A program made the translations under genes and the position numbers. This document shows, piece by piece, positions 20,103 to 32,167 of a DNA stretch of 64,000 nucleotides. The first letter of the stretch is position 1; each line of letters begins with the position of its first letter. The DNA lies in assembly GCA_963695545.1 (NCBI GenBank), contig OY968796.1:3968001-4032000 (forward strand), given 5' to 3'. Source of the DNA: Terriglobia bacterium. GTDB lineage: Bacteria; Acidobacteriota; Terriglobia; Acidiferrales; UBA7541. The notes beneath the pieces were generated by a model. That model did no database searches, was not told where the DNA came from, and saw nothing but the letters and a program-made list of their open reading frames with translations.

Positions 20103-20678
20103 ATGCGCCTCTTCGTCGCCGTGGAAACTCCCGAAGCGGTGCGCCGCGCGCTTCGCGCGTGGATCGCGCCGCTGGAAGCCGCGTATCCGCGCGCGCGCTG
20201 GGTGCGCGCGGAAAATCTGCACGTCACGCTGAAATTCATCGGCGATGCCGCAACGGAAAGTCTCGATGCGTTGCGTGATGCGTTGCGCGCGGTGCGCCAA
20301 GCGGCGCCGATCGAGATTCATTTTCGCGGCGCCGGTTTTTTCCCAAACGAGCGGCGGCCGCGCGTGCTGTGGGCCGGAATCGAAGCTGGCCCCGAACTCG
20401 CGCTACTTGCGAAAGCGATCGAGCAAGCGCTCGAACCCGCAGGCGTGCCGCGCGAAACGCGAGCGTTTCGTCCGCATTTGACCGTAGCGCGATTCCCCGA
20501 GAAATCGGACGCCGGCGGCGTGGCAAGAATCCGCGGCACGCTCGCCGCAGCAGCCGCGCCGGATTTCGGCTCGGCGCGCGTTGCGGAATTTCATTTGTAT
20601 CGCAGCGTGCTGAAACCTTCCGGCGCGGAGTACACTCGCCTGGATTCTTTCGACTTTACGCGGAGCGATTCCGAGTGA
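20103..20678 (+). CDS. thpR: RNA 2',3'-cyclic phosphodiesterase (2H family)
   Basis: MRLFVA start, two HxT motifs (LHVTLKF, PHLTVAR). Confidence 0.92.
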   Translation: MRLFVAVETPEAVRRALRAWIAPLEAAYPRARWVRAENLHVTLKFIGDAATESLDALRDALRAVRQAAPIEIHFRGAGFFPNERRPRVLWAGIEAGPELALLAKAIEQALEPAGVPRETRAFRPHLTVARFPEKSDAGGVARIRGTLAAAAAPDFGSARVAEFHLYRSVLKPSGAEYTRLDSFDFTRSDSE

Positions 20679-21265
20679 CGCCAGCCCCGATTCTCGCCCC
20701 GCTCTTGCGCACGCAGGCCGGCATCCTGTCGGCCGCGTATCTGCTTGGATCGATTCCCTTCGCGCGCCTGCTCGGGCGGACCCGCGATGCGGGTATAGCC
20801 GCGCGCGCGGCGCTGGTTCTTCTCGATGGCGCGAAAGCATTTCTCGCCGTGCGCTTGGCCGAAAGATTGACGCACGGCAACATCCATTGGATGACCTACG
20901 CGGCCCTGGCCGCAATTCTTGGGCACATGTTTCCCGTGTGGCTCGGCTTCCGCGGCGGGCACGGCGTGGCTACGGCGGCTGGCGCATTTCTGGTGATCTG
21001 CTGGCAGGCCGTGGCGCTGAACGTCGGCTTGTGGATCGTGGTGGTCTGGTTCTGGGGTTACGCTTCGATCGGCTCGCTCGCGGCGGCGGCCGCGCTGCCC
21101 ATGCTGCTATATCTGCTCTATGCACCCGGCCACGCGCCACCCAGCATGCTTTCGGCCAGTGCGCTGCTGGTTACCGCGCTGCTGGTGGTTAAACATCGGA
21201 CGAATATCGAGCGTTTGCTGGCGGGCACCGAGCCGCGGTTTTCGCTCCGGCGGCCGAAATCGTGA
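20675..21265 (+). CDS. plsY: PlsY-family glycerol-3-phosphate acyltransferase homolog, atypical
   Basis: YLLGSIPF, GHMFPVWLGFRGGHGVAT, HRTNIERLLAGTE; GSGN.G..N motif absent. Confidence 0.75.
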   Translation: MTPAPILAPLLRTQAGILSAAYLLGSIPFARLLGRTRDAGIAARAALVLLDGAKAFLAVRLAERLTHGNIHWMTYAALAAILGHMFPVWLGFRGGHGVATAAGAFLVICWQAVALNVGLWIVVVWFWGYASIGSLAAAAALPMLLYLLYAPGHAPPSMLSASALLVTALLVVKHRTNIERLLAGTEPRFSLRRPKS

Positions 21266-21382
21266 ATCGCGCGCCTACGCCGCCCGGCTATTAGCAAGTC
21301 CGCTATCGAGGCGTCACCGCCGAGCCTTCCACTACGCCCGAAGCCCCTAAAATGATAGAGCGACGAGTGGGTCAGCGCCCCC

Positions 21383-23182
21383 ATGAGCATCGACGCCATC
21401 AAGTCCGCCCTCGCACGCCCGCGCATCCTCTGGATGGTGCTGGGCGCGATGCTGCTCGTCAGCGTGCTTCCGCTTGGCCTTTACCACCGTCAGGTGCTCC
21501 AACTGAGCCAGGAAAAGTTGACGGACACCGAGAGCTTGCAGCAAACCGAAGTGACGCGCTCGGTGGCGGAAGAAATCCAGCTTTTCGACACCAACCTCTA
21601 CCAGCAGCTCATCAGCGAGCGCCAGATTCTGGCATTGACCAACCTGATCGGATCGGTGAACGACCCGGTGGAGGCACCGCAACTGACGCGCCTGCTTGAA
21701 AACTTCGTATCGAGCGATCCCAACATCTTGTACATGACGGCGGTCGGTGCCGACGCCAAGGGCGCCGATGCCGGCGTGCTTTCTCCCGCCGAGGATCCGT
21801 TCGTGAGCAATGCGCTGCAACGCGCGTTCACGTCATGCGTGCAGTCCGACGTGGTGGTGTTCCGCAGCGATCCGCTGGCGATCGGCGTGGACAATCGCCC
21901 GGCGATCGTGATGGCGATTCCGCTGCGCGTGGGAGATCAATTCGGAGGGATGCTGGCCGCAGTGGTTTCGCTCGATCCGATTCTGCAGCGGCTGAAGGAA
22001 ACCAGCGTGCGCGGGCGCGTGGTCTACGTGGTGGATCGCTCCGGGCACATCGTGGCGCATCCGGACACGCGGCAATTCGTGCCGGGCACGGACGCGCGCG
22101 CAAGCTCCGACGTTGTGGCGCAAGTAACCGCGCTGCCCGAGGAACTGAGCGCCACCGAAACCGTGCAGCAATTCTCGCGACAGGAAAACGGCCGCTCAGT
22201 GCCGATGATCGGAACCTACAGCACGATACCCGATCTCAATTGGGCGGTGGTCGCGGAGCGCAGCCTTGAAGTGGCGCGCGAGGACGCCGGCGTGAACGAA
22301 TTAAATGCGCAGGCCTTGAGGTTCGTACTCATCGTCGGATTCTGCGCGCTGCTGCTCGGATATTTGTTCGCCGTGGGCATCAGCTCGCCGATTCGCGCGC
22401 TCGCATCTTCGACGCAAGCCATCAGCCGCGGCGAATTTCACGAGCGCGCGCCGGTGCGCGGCGCGGCGGAAATCAGCGAATTGGCCGAGACCTTCAACAG
22501 CATGGCCGGCGACATCGAACAGTTCATCGAACGATTGAAGCTGGCCGCGCAGGAAAACCGCGAGCTGTTCTTGAACAGCATCCGCATGGTCGCGGCGGCT
22601 ATCGACGAAAAAGATCCGTATACGCGCGGTCATTCGGGGCGCGTGGCGAAATATTCGCTGATTATCGCGAAAGAGCTTGGACAGAGCGACGCGGAGATGG
22701 ACACGCTGCGCGTCTCCGCGCTGCTGCACGACGTAGGAAAAATCGGCGTGGACGATCGCATCTTGAAAAAGCCGGGCAAGCTGACGGACGAAGAGTTCGA
22801 TCAGATGAAGGAGCATCCCACGAAGGGCGCCAACATCATGCGCCCCGTCGCGCAGTTGAAAGACATGCTGCCGGGGATCGAGCTTCACCACGAGCGCATC
22901 GACGGAGCGGGTTACCCGTACGGCCTTCGCGGCGAAGAGATTCCGATGATGGCGCGCATCATTGCGGTGGCCGACGCCTGCGACGCCATCACCACCGATC
23001 GTCCCTATCATTCCGGGCACGACCTCGAATATGCGCTGAAGGAAATTCGCAACGTCGCGGGCAAACGCTACGCCGTCGAAGTTGTGGACGCGCTCGAAGT
23101 CGTGATCCGCTCGGGAAAACTCAAGCTCACCGCCAGACCTGCCGAGATTCCAAGTACACCGGTTGAAAGCGCGGCACACTGA
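21383..23182 (+). CDS. Cache-HAMP-HD-GYP phosphodiesterase
   Basis: Two TMs flanking a periplasmic Cache-like region, HAMP, DPYTRGHS, LHDVGK, HHERIDGAGYP. Confidence 0.92.
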   Translation: MSIDAIKSALARPRILWMVLGAMLLVSVLPLGLYHRQVLQLSQEKLTDTESLQQTEVTRSVAEEIQLFDTNLYQQLISERQILALTNLIGSVNDPVEAPQLTRLLENFVSSDPNILYMTAVGADAKGADAGVLSPAEDPFVSNALQRAFTSCVQSDVVVFRSDPLAIGVDNRPAIVMAIPLRVGDQFGGMLAAVVSLDPILQRLKETSVRGRVVYVVDRSGHIVAHPDTRQFVPGTDARASSDVVAQVTALPEELSATETVQQFSRQENGRSVPMIGTYSTIPDLNWAVVAERSLEVAREDAGVNELNAQALRFVLIVGFCALLLGYLFAVGISSPIRALASSTQAISRGEFHERAPVRGAAEISELAETFNSMAGDIEQFIERLKLAAQENRELFLNSIRMVAAAIDEKDPYTRGHSGRVAKYSLIIAKELGQSDAEMDTLRVSALLHDVGKIGVDDRILKKPGKLTDEEFDQMKEHPTKGANIMRPVAQLKDMLPGIELHHERIDGAGYPYGLRGEEIPMMARIIAVADACDAITTDRPYHSGHDLEYALKEIRNVAGKRYAVEVVDALEVVIRSGKLKLTARPAEIPSTPVESAAH

Positions 23183-23268
23183 CCACTGCGGGTGCGCCGC
23201 CGACCCGTTCGGCTCAAGGACGCGGCTCTGCTAGAATTGTTGTCGCGGGCATCGGCCCACTCCATCTC

Positions 23269-24255
23269 ATGTTCTCCCTGTTCGGAAAAGGCAAAGAGAA
23301 GGCTAAGAGCGAAGGGTCGTTGCTCGACCGGCTGAAGCGGTCGGTGGAGCGCACACGATCGCAGATCGCGGCGCGCGTCGAGGAGCTGGTCAGCGGCGAA
23401 AAGCGGCTGGATGCCGCGGCGCTTACGCAGCTTGAGAATTCGCTGCTCGCGGCGGATCTCGGTGTGCGCACCACGCGCGACCTTGTCGATGCGGTGCGGC
23501 GGGCGGCGGATAGCGCGCCGTTGCGCAGTTCGGGCGCGATCAAGCAGGTGCTGAAAGCGCAGCTGATGACAATTCTGCAAGCGGCGCCAGCGGCTGCATC
23601 GAACGGAACCGGTGCGGCCGCGGCAGAATCGGCAGCTGCTCCTCGCCCCGAAGTGCTTTTCATCGTGGGCGTGAACGGAACTGGCAAAACGACCACGATC
23701 GGAAAATTAGCGCATCGCTTGCGTCAAGAAGGACAAAGCGTGCTGCTTTGCGCAGGCGATACATTTCGTGCGGCGGCGATTGAGCAATTGGCGGTGTGGG
23801 CTGAGCGCACGGGCGCGGAACTCATCAGCCAGAAATCGGGCGCCGATCCCTCGGCGGTGCTGCACGACGCGCTGACGGCGGCGCGCTCTCGCGACGTGGA
23901 CGTGGTGATCGTGGACACGGCGGGGCGGCTGCACACGAAATCGAACTTGATGGCGGAACTTGAAAAAATGCGGCGCACGGCGTCGAAGCTCGTGCCGGGC
24001 GCGCCGCACGACGTTTTGCTGGTGATGGACGCGACGACCGGGCAAAACGGTTTGGCACAAGCGCGCGAATTCACGGCGGCCGCAGGCGTTAGCGGAATTG
24101 TGTTGACGAAACTCGATGGCACGGCCAAAGGCGGCATCGTGGTGGCCATCACGCGCGAATTGGGCTTGCCGGTGCGCTTCGTCGGAACCGGCGAATCGGC
24201 CGACGACCTTGTGCCGTTCGATGCGGAAGCGTTCGTCACTTCCCTTTTTGAATGA
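23269..24255 (+). CDS. ftsY: SRP receptor FtsY
   Basis: GVNGTGKTTT, DTFRAAA, DTAGR, TKLDGTAKGG. Confidence 0.97.
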   Translation: MFSLFGKGKEKAKSEGSLLDRLKRSVERTRSQIAARVEELVSGEKRLDAAALTQLENSLLAADLGVRTTRDLVDAVRRAADSAPLRSSGAIKQVLKAQLMTILQAAPAAASNGTGAAAAESAAAPRPEVLFIVGVNGTGKTTTIGKLAHRLRQEGQSVLLCAGDTFRAAAIEQLAVWAERTGAELISQKSGADPSAVLHDALTAARSRDVDVVIVDTAGRLHTKSNLMAELEKMRRTASKLVPGAPHDVLLVMDATTGQNGLAQAREFTAAAGVSGIVLTKLDGTAKGGIVVAITRELGLPVRFVGTGESADDLVPFDAEAFVTSLFE

Positions 24256-25421
24256 CGCCTCCGAAGCCGCCCATGACCACGACCGGCTCGTCCGCCACGG
24301 ACGACGCGCTGTGGATGGCGCGCGCGCTGGACCTTGCGCGGCAGGGCGAAGCGCAGGCCAGCCCGAATCCGATGGTGGGCGCCGTGGTGGTGCGCGCGGG
24401 ATTGGCTGCCGGCGAAGGATTTCACAACTACACCGATCCGCGGCACGCGGAAATTGTGGCGCTCGAATCGACCGGAGACGGCGCGCGCGGCGCGACGCTG
24501 TACGTGAATCTCGAACCGTGCTGCACCACGGGGCGAACCGGTCCGTGCACAAAGGCGATTATCGCGGCGGGGATTCGGCGCGTCGTGGCGGCGATGGCCG
24601 ATCCGAATCCGGCGGTCGCGGGACGCGGGTTCGATGAATTGCGCGCGCATGGCGTGGAAGTCGCGGTGGGCGAAGCGGAGGGCGAGGCGCGACGGTTGAA
24701 CGAAGCGTTTGCGGTGTGGATTCGCACGAAGCGGCCGATGGTGACGCTTAAGAGCGCGATCACACTGGATGGGCAAGCCGGCCTTGGCGCTGCGGCCAAA
24801 CGCAGCGGCAAGCGAGCGGATCGCGCCGAGAGGTGGATCAGTTCTGATGAATCGCGCGCGGAAGTGCAGCGCATGCGGCACGCGTCGGACGCGTTGCTCA
24901 CGGGAATCGGCACGATTTTGGCGGACGATCCGGCGCTGACGGATCGCACGGGGCTTGCGCGGCGCAGAAAACTTTTGCGCGTAGTGCTCGATGCGCGTTT
25001 GCGCTTGCCCGCGCGCTCAAAATTGGTGCGCACAGCAGAGAGCGACGTGCTGGTCTTCACCGCGGCGCCGACGGAATCGGCGCAGGCTCGGCATTTGCGC
25101 CGCGCGGGAGTGGAAATCGTGCGCGTGGCGGCGCGGCGCGGGCGCATCGACCTCGGCGACGTGCTCGACGAGTTGGGGCGCCGCGAAATTCTGAGCGTGC
25201 TGCTCGAAGCTGGCCCGACGCTGAATCAGGCCGCGCTCGAAGCGGAGATTGTGGATAAAATGCGGCTGTTCGTAGCGCCGCGCTTCGCGGGGCCTTCGAC
25301 TCATTTGCCTGCGTTCGGCAAGTGGAGCACAGCGCGGCCGCTGGCGAGCGTATCGGTGCGCCGCTTTGGACCGGACGCTTCGATCGAAGGATATTTGCGC
25401 GATGTTTACGGGAATCATTGA
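24252..25421 (+). CDS. ribD: Bifunctional deaminase/reductase RibD
   Basis: PNPMVG, HAE, LEPC..GRTGPC, GIGTILADDP.LT. Confidence 0.95.
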   Translation: MTPPKPPMTTTGSSATDDALWMARALDLARQGEAQASPNPMVGAVVVRAGLAAGEGFHNYTDPRHAEIVALESTGDGARGATLYVNLEPCCTTGRTGPCTKAIIAAGIRRVVAAMADPNPAVAGRGFDELRAHGVEVAVGEAEGEARRLNEAFAVWIRTKRPMVTLKSAITLDGQAGLGAAAKRSGKRADRAERWISSDESRAEVQRMRHASDALLTGIGTILADDPALTDRTGLARRRKLLRVVLDARLRLPARSKLVRTAESDVLVFTAAPTESAQARHLRRAGVEIVRVAARRGRIDLGDVLDELGRREILSVLLEAGPTLNQAALEAEIVDKMRLFVAPRFAGPSTHLPAFGKWSTARPLASVSVRRFGPDASIEGYLRDVYGNH

Positions 25422-26046
25422 AGCCGTCGGACGCCTCGAAGCGCTCGAACGCTCCGCCACCGGCGGACGCGTTCGGGTCCACGGCGGGGCGTTAGCGGAA
25501 ATGCTCGCCGTTTCGGGCAGCATCGCCGTGAACGGCTGCTGCCTGACCGTGGTCGAGCGGCACGGAGAAACTTTTTCGGCCGATCTTTCCGGAGAAACGC
25601 TGCGACGCACTTCGTTCGGCGAAATGAAAATCGGGGCGCGCGTGAATCTCGAGCGGCCGTTGCGCGCGGGGCAAGAACTGGGCGGCCATTTCGTGCAGGG
25701 CCACGTCGATGGCGTGGGTCGCATCGCGCGATGGGAGGCTGAAGGCGCGAACTGGTGGCTGGGAGTGCGCGTGCCGGACGATCTTGCGCGTTACGTCGCG
25801 ACCAAGGGCTCGATCGCGATTGACGGGATCAGCTTGACTGTGGCCGCGCTGCACGACGGCATCGTCGAAGCCGCGATTATTCCATTCACCTACGCGCAAA
25901 CGAATTTGGCGGGCGCGGCGGTGGGCGACGCCGTCAATCTGGAATGCGATGTGCTGGCGAAATATGTGGAGCGGCAGATGGAAGCGCGGCGGGAAAATTC
26001 CGGCGGACGCCTGGCGGTCGAGCGCCTGAGAGAACAAGGATTCTGA
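25402..26046 (+). CDS. ribE: Riboflavin synthase
   Basis: MFTGII start, GCCLTV, VNLER, GGHFVQGHVDG, DGISLTV. Confidence 0.96.
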   Translation: MFTGIIEAVGRLEALERSATGGRVRVHGGALAEMLAVSGSIAVNGCCLTVVERHGETFSADLSGETLRRTSFGEMKIGARVNLERPLRAGQELGGHFVQGHVDGVGRIARWEAEGANWWLGVRVPDDLARYVATKGSIAIDGISLTVAALHDGIVEAAIIPFTYAQTNLAGAAVGDAVNLECDVLAKYVERQMEARRENSGGRLAVERLREQGF

Positions 26047-26077
26047 GCGTCTTGCAGTAGATTCTCTGCGAAAAATT

Positions 26078-27514
26078 CTACGCGCGCGCCTCGCGATCTT
26101 TGTCCCAAGCGCCGCGAAAATAAAGAATCAATCCGATCAGCACGCACAGCCCTGTGCCGCCGATCAGCTTGCCCTCAAACATCCAGATATTTCGCGTTTC
26201 TCCGGGCGGGATCATCGAAAGCACGATCCCACCCAACACGACCAGAAACCCCAGCGAGCCGGTGAGCCACGCGCCAAACTTGCCGCCGGGAACGAGCACC
26301 ACGTTCTCACTACTCGCGCGATCGGCGCGATACGCGAGTTTGATGAATGCCGCATACATGTACAGGAACGGAATGAAATAAAGAATCACGGCCGCGTCCA
26401 CAAGAATAAAATAGGCGCTGTTGACGGTCTCGTTCAGCTGAATCAGCAGAAGCACGAGGCCTGATATTCCGGCCTGTACGAGAATCGAGACCCAGGGCGT
26501 CTTCCACTTGGGATGAATCTTGCCGAACGCGGCGGGCATGTAATGGTCGATGCCGACGACAAACGGAATGCGCGCGACGCCCGCCACGGTCGATCCCACG
26601 CCACCGGCATTGCCGACGGTCACCAGCACAGCCGCGATGACGCCGAACGCGCTAAGGCGCAGCATGGTGGAGGCCAGCGTAAGCGCTTGAAAAATGCCGC
26701 TTTTCGGGTCCACGACCGCGGCCGGCAACATCGCGAGAAGTGCGATCGTTCCGACGGTGTACATGAACGCGATCGCAAGACCGGAGCCGATGATCGCCGG
26801 CGGAAATATGCGGCGCGGATTGCGCACCTCTTCGCTCATGGCGGAACACAACTCGAGGCCGGTGAACGCGAACGCAATCTGCGGCCAGAAATTCACGGTG
26901 TTCCAATTCCACGAAGGCCGTATGGTGGCCCAGGAGAAATGCGTGGCCGAACCGTGCGCGTGCCAAACGTATGCGCCCATGCCCACCAGCATGAGCAGCG
27001 GCGCATAGGTGGCCACGCCGCCGGCGTTTTGCAGCCACTTTCCCACGTCGAGGCCAATCAGATTCAGCCACACCGCGACGATCAGCAACGCGAATGACCC
27101 CAGCATCAAAAACCATCGGCTCTGCGCCAAATGCGCGGCGCCGCTTCCGCCCATGTACGCCGCCATCGCCGCGCTGGCCATCAAGAGGCCGGGGAAATAA
27201 AAAAATGTGTAGACCCAGTAAGTCCATCCGGCGACGAATCCGTGAAATTCGCCGAAGGCTTCCTTGGACCACTCGTAGAGGCCGCCTTCTTCGGGAAAGC
27301 GCGTCGAAAGTTCCATGATCACAAGAGAAGTCGGCAGAAAGAAAAACACGGCGGACAACACCCACAAGCTGATCGAGGACGCGCCGTTGTGCGCCGCCGC
27401 TGCAATCCAACGCGGTCCGAGAACCGTGGCGATATTGAACAGCAGGACATCCCAAAAACCCATCACGCGGCGAAGCTGGCTTTTGGGGTCGGCGGAGGCC
27501 GGCGCTTGGCTCAC
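26078..27514 (-). CDS. APC-family amino acid permease
   Basis: About 12 TMs, ELSTRFPEEGGLY.W, FAFTGLE, HPKWKTP. Confidence 0.9.
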   Translation of the reverse strand: MSQAPASADPKSQLRRVMGFWDVLLFNIATVLGPRWIAAAAHNGASSISLWVLSAVFFFLPTSLVIMELSTRFPEEGGLYEWSKEAFGEFHGFVAGWTYWVYTFFYFPGLLMASAAMAAYMGGSGAAHLAQSRWFLMLGSFALLIVAVWLNLIGLDVGKWLQNAGGVATYAPLLMLVGMGAYVWHAHGSATHFSWATIRPSWNWNTVNFWPQIAFAFTGLELCSAMSEEVRNPRRIFPPAIIGSGLAIAFMYTVGTIALLAMLPAAVVDPKSGIFQALTLASTMLRLSAFGVIAAVLVTVGNAGGVGSTVAGVARIPFVVGIDHYMPAAFGKIHPKWKTPWVSILVQAGISGLVLLLIQLNETVNSAYFILVDAAVILYFIPFLYMYAAFIKLAYRADRASSENVVLVPGGKFGAWLTGSLGFLVVLGGIVLSMIPPGETRNIWMFEGKLIGGTGLCVLIGLILYFRGAWDKDREARA

Positions 27515-28275
27515 AAGGTGACGTCCAGTGCGGGAATCAATTGGTCTTGCAATCGGAAATCGCGCAGGAAGGGATCGGTGGAGGATTCAAAGCCGGACCA
27601 CGGGCCGAAAAACGTCACGCGGCCGTCTTGCAGAAAAACCAGGCGGTCGGCGAGTTTCTTCGCGAGATGCGTATCGTGCGTGACGACGACCGAGGTTTTG
27701 TGCATGGCCTGTTTCAATTTCAGGATCAACGCGCTGGTGTGCGAGGCCATGATCGGATCGACCATAGTGGTCGGCTCGTCGTACAGAATCGCCTCGGGAT
27801 CGAGCGCGAGCGCCCGCGCGATGGCTACGGCGCGCTTGGTGCCCGTGCTGATCTCGGACGGCAGCTTATCGAGGAGGTCCGAGACTTCGAGCATCTCGGC
27901 GAGTTCGGCGACCCGCGCATCGAGTTGTTCGCTCGTAATGTCTTCGCGGCCCTCGAGAGGGAACGCGATGTTTTCGCCGACCGTAAGCGAATCGAATAGC
28001 GCGCCGGATTGAAATACCATGGTGACGCGCCGCCGAATGGCAGTGAGTTGGTCTTCATTCCAATCCGTGATGTCCTGGCCAGCGACAATCACGCGCCCGG
28101 AATCGGGCTCGAGAAAACCCAAAATGTGTTCGAGCGTGACCGATTTGCCGACGCCGCTGCGGCCCATGATCACGCAGGTTTCGCCGCGCTCGACGGTGAA
28201 GCTGACGTTGTCAAGCACCAGCCGGCCGTCAAACGATTTCGAGACGCCGCGAAATTCGATGTAGGGATCGCTCAT
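27511..28275 (-). CDS. MlaF/Mkl-like ABC ATP-binding protein
   Basis: GRSGVGKS, VFQSGALFDSLTV.EN, LYDEPTT, VVTHD; signature motif reads ISTGT. Confidence 0.85.
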   Translation of the reverse strand: MSDPYIEFRGVSKSFDGRLVLDNVSFTVERGETCVIMGRSGVGKSVTLEHILGFLEPDSGRVIVAGQDITDWNEDQLTAIRRRVTMVFQSGALFDSLTVGENIAFPLEGREDITSEQLDARVAELAEMLEVSDLLDKLPSEISTGTKRAVAIARALALDPEAILYDEPTTMVDPIMASHTSALILKLKQAMHKTSVVVTHDTHLAKKLADRLVFLQDGRVTFFGPWSGFESSTDPFLRDFRLQDQLIPALDVTL

Positions 28276-28570
28276 CCGCTGGCAACACTCCGCGCCGAGA
28301 AACTTTGCGCGCGCACGGCAGCGCAGTCAACGCCCGGCTCGGGATCATTGTTCCCAAGCAGGCGAGCAGAAGCAATCTGTTTTCTGCACCACGGGTAGCT
28401 AGGAATCTACAGTAGTGAAGGGCAAGTCGCTCTGGAAAGCCCGCGGCCAATTGGCGTTGACAATGGCGCACTCAACCCTGAGAAAAGCGTTTTAGTAGAT
28501 ATGTTTAATATTATCAGCACCTTACAGATAGAATGCCGCTCAGCCCAGATATTCGGATCGAGATTATGCC

Positions 28571-28599
28571 TTGACATCGCACCCTAGCCTGACTATATT
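28571..28599 (+). promoter_or_regulatory. sigma70-type promoter of groESL
   Basis: TTGACA (28571-28576), 17 nt, TATATT (28594-28599). Confidence 0.8.
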
Positions 28600-28624
28600 A
28601 GCACTCGCCACACAGGAGTGCCAA
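28598..28624 (+). promoter_or_regulatory. CIRCE element (HrcA operator)
   Basis: TTAGCACTC-gccacacag-GAGTGCCAA; one mismatch to TTAGCACTC-N9-GAGTGCTAA, upstream of groES. Confidence 0.93.
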
Positions 28625-28697
28625 TTCAGCTCGCAACCCTGTCGGCAAGATTTCCAGCGACGATGGAACCCACAAACGAAACGGAGGACTTGTAACG

Positions 28698-29018
28698 ATG
28701 GCTGTCAACGTCACTCCCCTGCATGACCGCGTGCTGGTCAAGCGGATCGAGGAGAAGGAAAGCATCAAAGGCGGCATCATCATCCCAGATTCAGCCAAAG
28801 AGAAGCCGCAAGAGGGCGAAGTGATCGCGGTAGGCGCCGGCAAGATCGAAAAGGGCGAGCGAATTCCGCTCGACGTAAAGCCCGGCGATCGCGTTCTATT
28901 CGGCAAGTACAGCGGCAGCGAAATCAATGTGGACGATCAGGATTTTCTAATTCTCCGCGAGGAAGAAATTCTCGCAAAGCTTGGCGGAGCCGCGAAGGCG
29001 GCATCCGGACGCAAGTAA
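28698..29018 (+). CDS. groES: Co-chaperonin GroES
   Basis: [26 protein letters not shown]. Confidence 0.98.
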   Translation: MAVNVTPLHDRVLVKRIEEKESIKGGIIIPDSAKEKPQEGEVIAVGAGKIEKGERIPLDVKPGDRVLFGKYSGSEINVDDQDFLILREEEILAKLGGAAKAASGRK

Positions 29019-29144
29019 CTTTTCCCCCGCGCGGTTTCCGACGCGGGGCCGCACTCGAGCGAGAGTCGCGGGTGACGCGAGCTTTCGCGGTGAAGAAGTG
29101 AAGCAAGCTGCAGTACAGAAATTGCGACGAAATTTGAAACTTAA

Positions 29145-30806
<1,662 letters not shown>

Positions 30807-30836
30807 CCTTCGCGATTCGCGAAGCCGACTCACGGG

Positions 30837-30873
30837 GCGCTCGAACCTCTCACAGGTTCGAGCGCTTTTTTTT
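30837..30873 (+). terminator. Rho-independent terminator of groESL
   Basis: GCGCTCGAACCT-ctcac-AGGTTCGAGCGC followed by T8. Confidence 0.9.
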
Positions 30874-30998
30874 CTTGCGGCCTCGCGGCGCCGCCCACAT
30901 GCCCCGATGGCGGCGACTTGCGCCGACGGTCCGAATGCGATACAAAATGAGCCTCCCAGTCGCTTCCCTTCTTGCGATCGTTCGGGGGAAAATTGGAA

Positions 30999-32092
30999 AT
31001 GCCGGGAAAAAGTGTAAAGCGGTCGCGGAACCATCTTTGGGCACGGAGAGCCATTGCTCTCTCTCGCTCGTAATTCTGGGACCGGCACTGCTCGCTTGGC
31101 GTCCGGCGCTCGCCGATTCGCCGGCGACGTATGATGACGCGATCAAGCAAGTTTCCTCGCAATTGGCCGCGGCCATCGCGAGTTCTGGAAAGAAAACCGT
31201 TGCGGTTTCCGATTTTACAGATCTTGATGGCAACGTGACCGAGATCGGCAGATTTCTCGCCGGCGATGTTTCGGACTCTTTGGCCGCCCAAGCAAAGGGT
31301 TTTCTGGTGATCGATCGCGCGCAGTTCAAAGGCGCGGCGCAGTCCACGAGCGTCGATGCCTTGGTGACCGGCATCCTCACGACGTTCACAGACCACGTGC
31401 GGCTGTCGGCGAAGGTCCTCGACGCAACGAACTCGGCCATTCTCGGCGCGGCCAGTGTGGACATTCCGCGCACCAAAGATATCGACGACGTGCTTGCCGG
31501 ATTGGGATCGCCGGCGTCAGCAAAATCAGGCAATTCCCGCGCGGCGGCATCTTCAACTTCGCCGAACTCGTCAAATTCCGCGACGGCCGCGGCCAACGAA
31601 GGGCCGGTGCCCGCGGTCACGGGGCGAGCTCCGTCGGGCAAAGGCGCGCGCGGTTCGGGCAAGGCTCCGAAGAAATCGTCGGGCCCGGCGGTGCCTACAG
31701 TCAGCGGGATCGGAAGCGTCGCGACAGATTCATATCGAGTGATCGTGTCGTCTCTCGTCCACTCGGCTGGCACGGTGTCTGTGACTCTCGAATTCGATTC
31801 GCTCTCCGACTCCACCATCCAACTCGCGATGGTTCGCGCTCAGTCCTACCTGACCGACGAAACAAATGTTCGCTGGGCGCTCAATCAGCAGGACACCATG
31901 GGCATTTTCAACGTGCGCGAAATGGCCGGCGGCGGATTTTGGCGCGGCGTACCCTTGGCCAAGGGCGCGAAAATACAGACGGTGCTGACGTTTACTCCGC
32001 AGGGCCCGGCCACCGGAACGAAATTCACGCTGACCATCGCGGAGTTCCGGCCGAAGTGGAACCGCGTTCTCGCGGTCCAAGGCTTGAAGTAA
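30999..32092 (+). CDS. Exported protein with FlgO/CsgG-like N-terminal domain; apparent frameshift in signal peptide near 31057-31065
   Basis: [34 protein letters not shown] pattern; Ser/Ala linker; best ATG (30999) is out of frame with the body of the ORF. Confidence 0.6.
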
Positions 32093-32167
32093 ACACGGCA
32101 CACTGCCGTGTCCCGAAAAATCCCCGACTGAGTTATCATTAAGCGAGCCGAAAAAGGTGAGCCGCGT

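Noticed and set aside
32093..32167. FMN riboswitch before ribBA
   Set aside because: Only ~75 nt of intergenic space with one small hairpin (32093-32111); no RFN consensus
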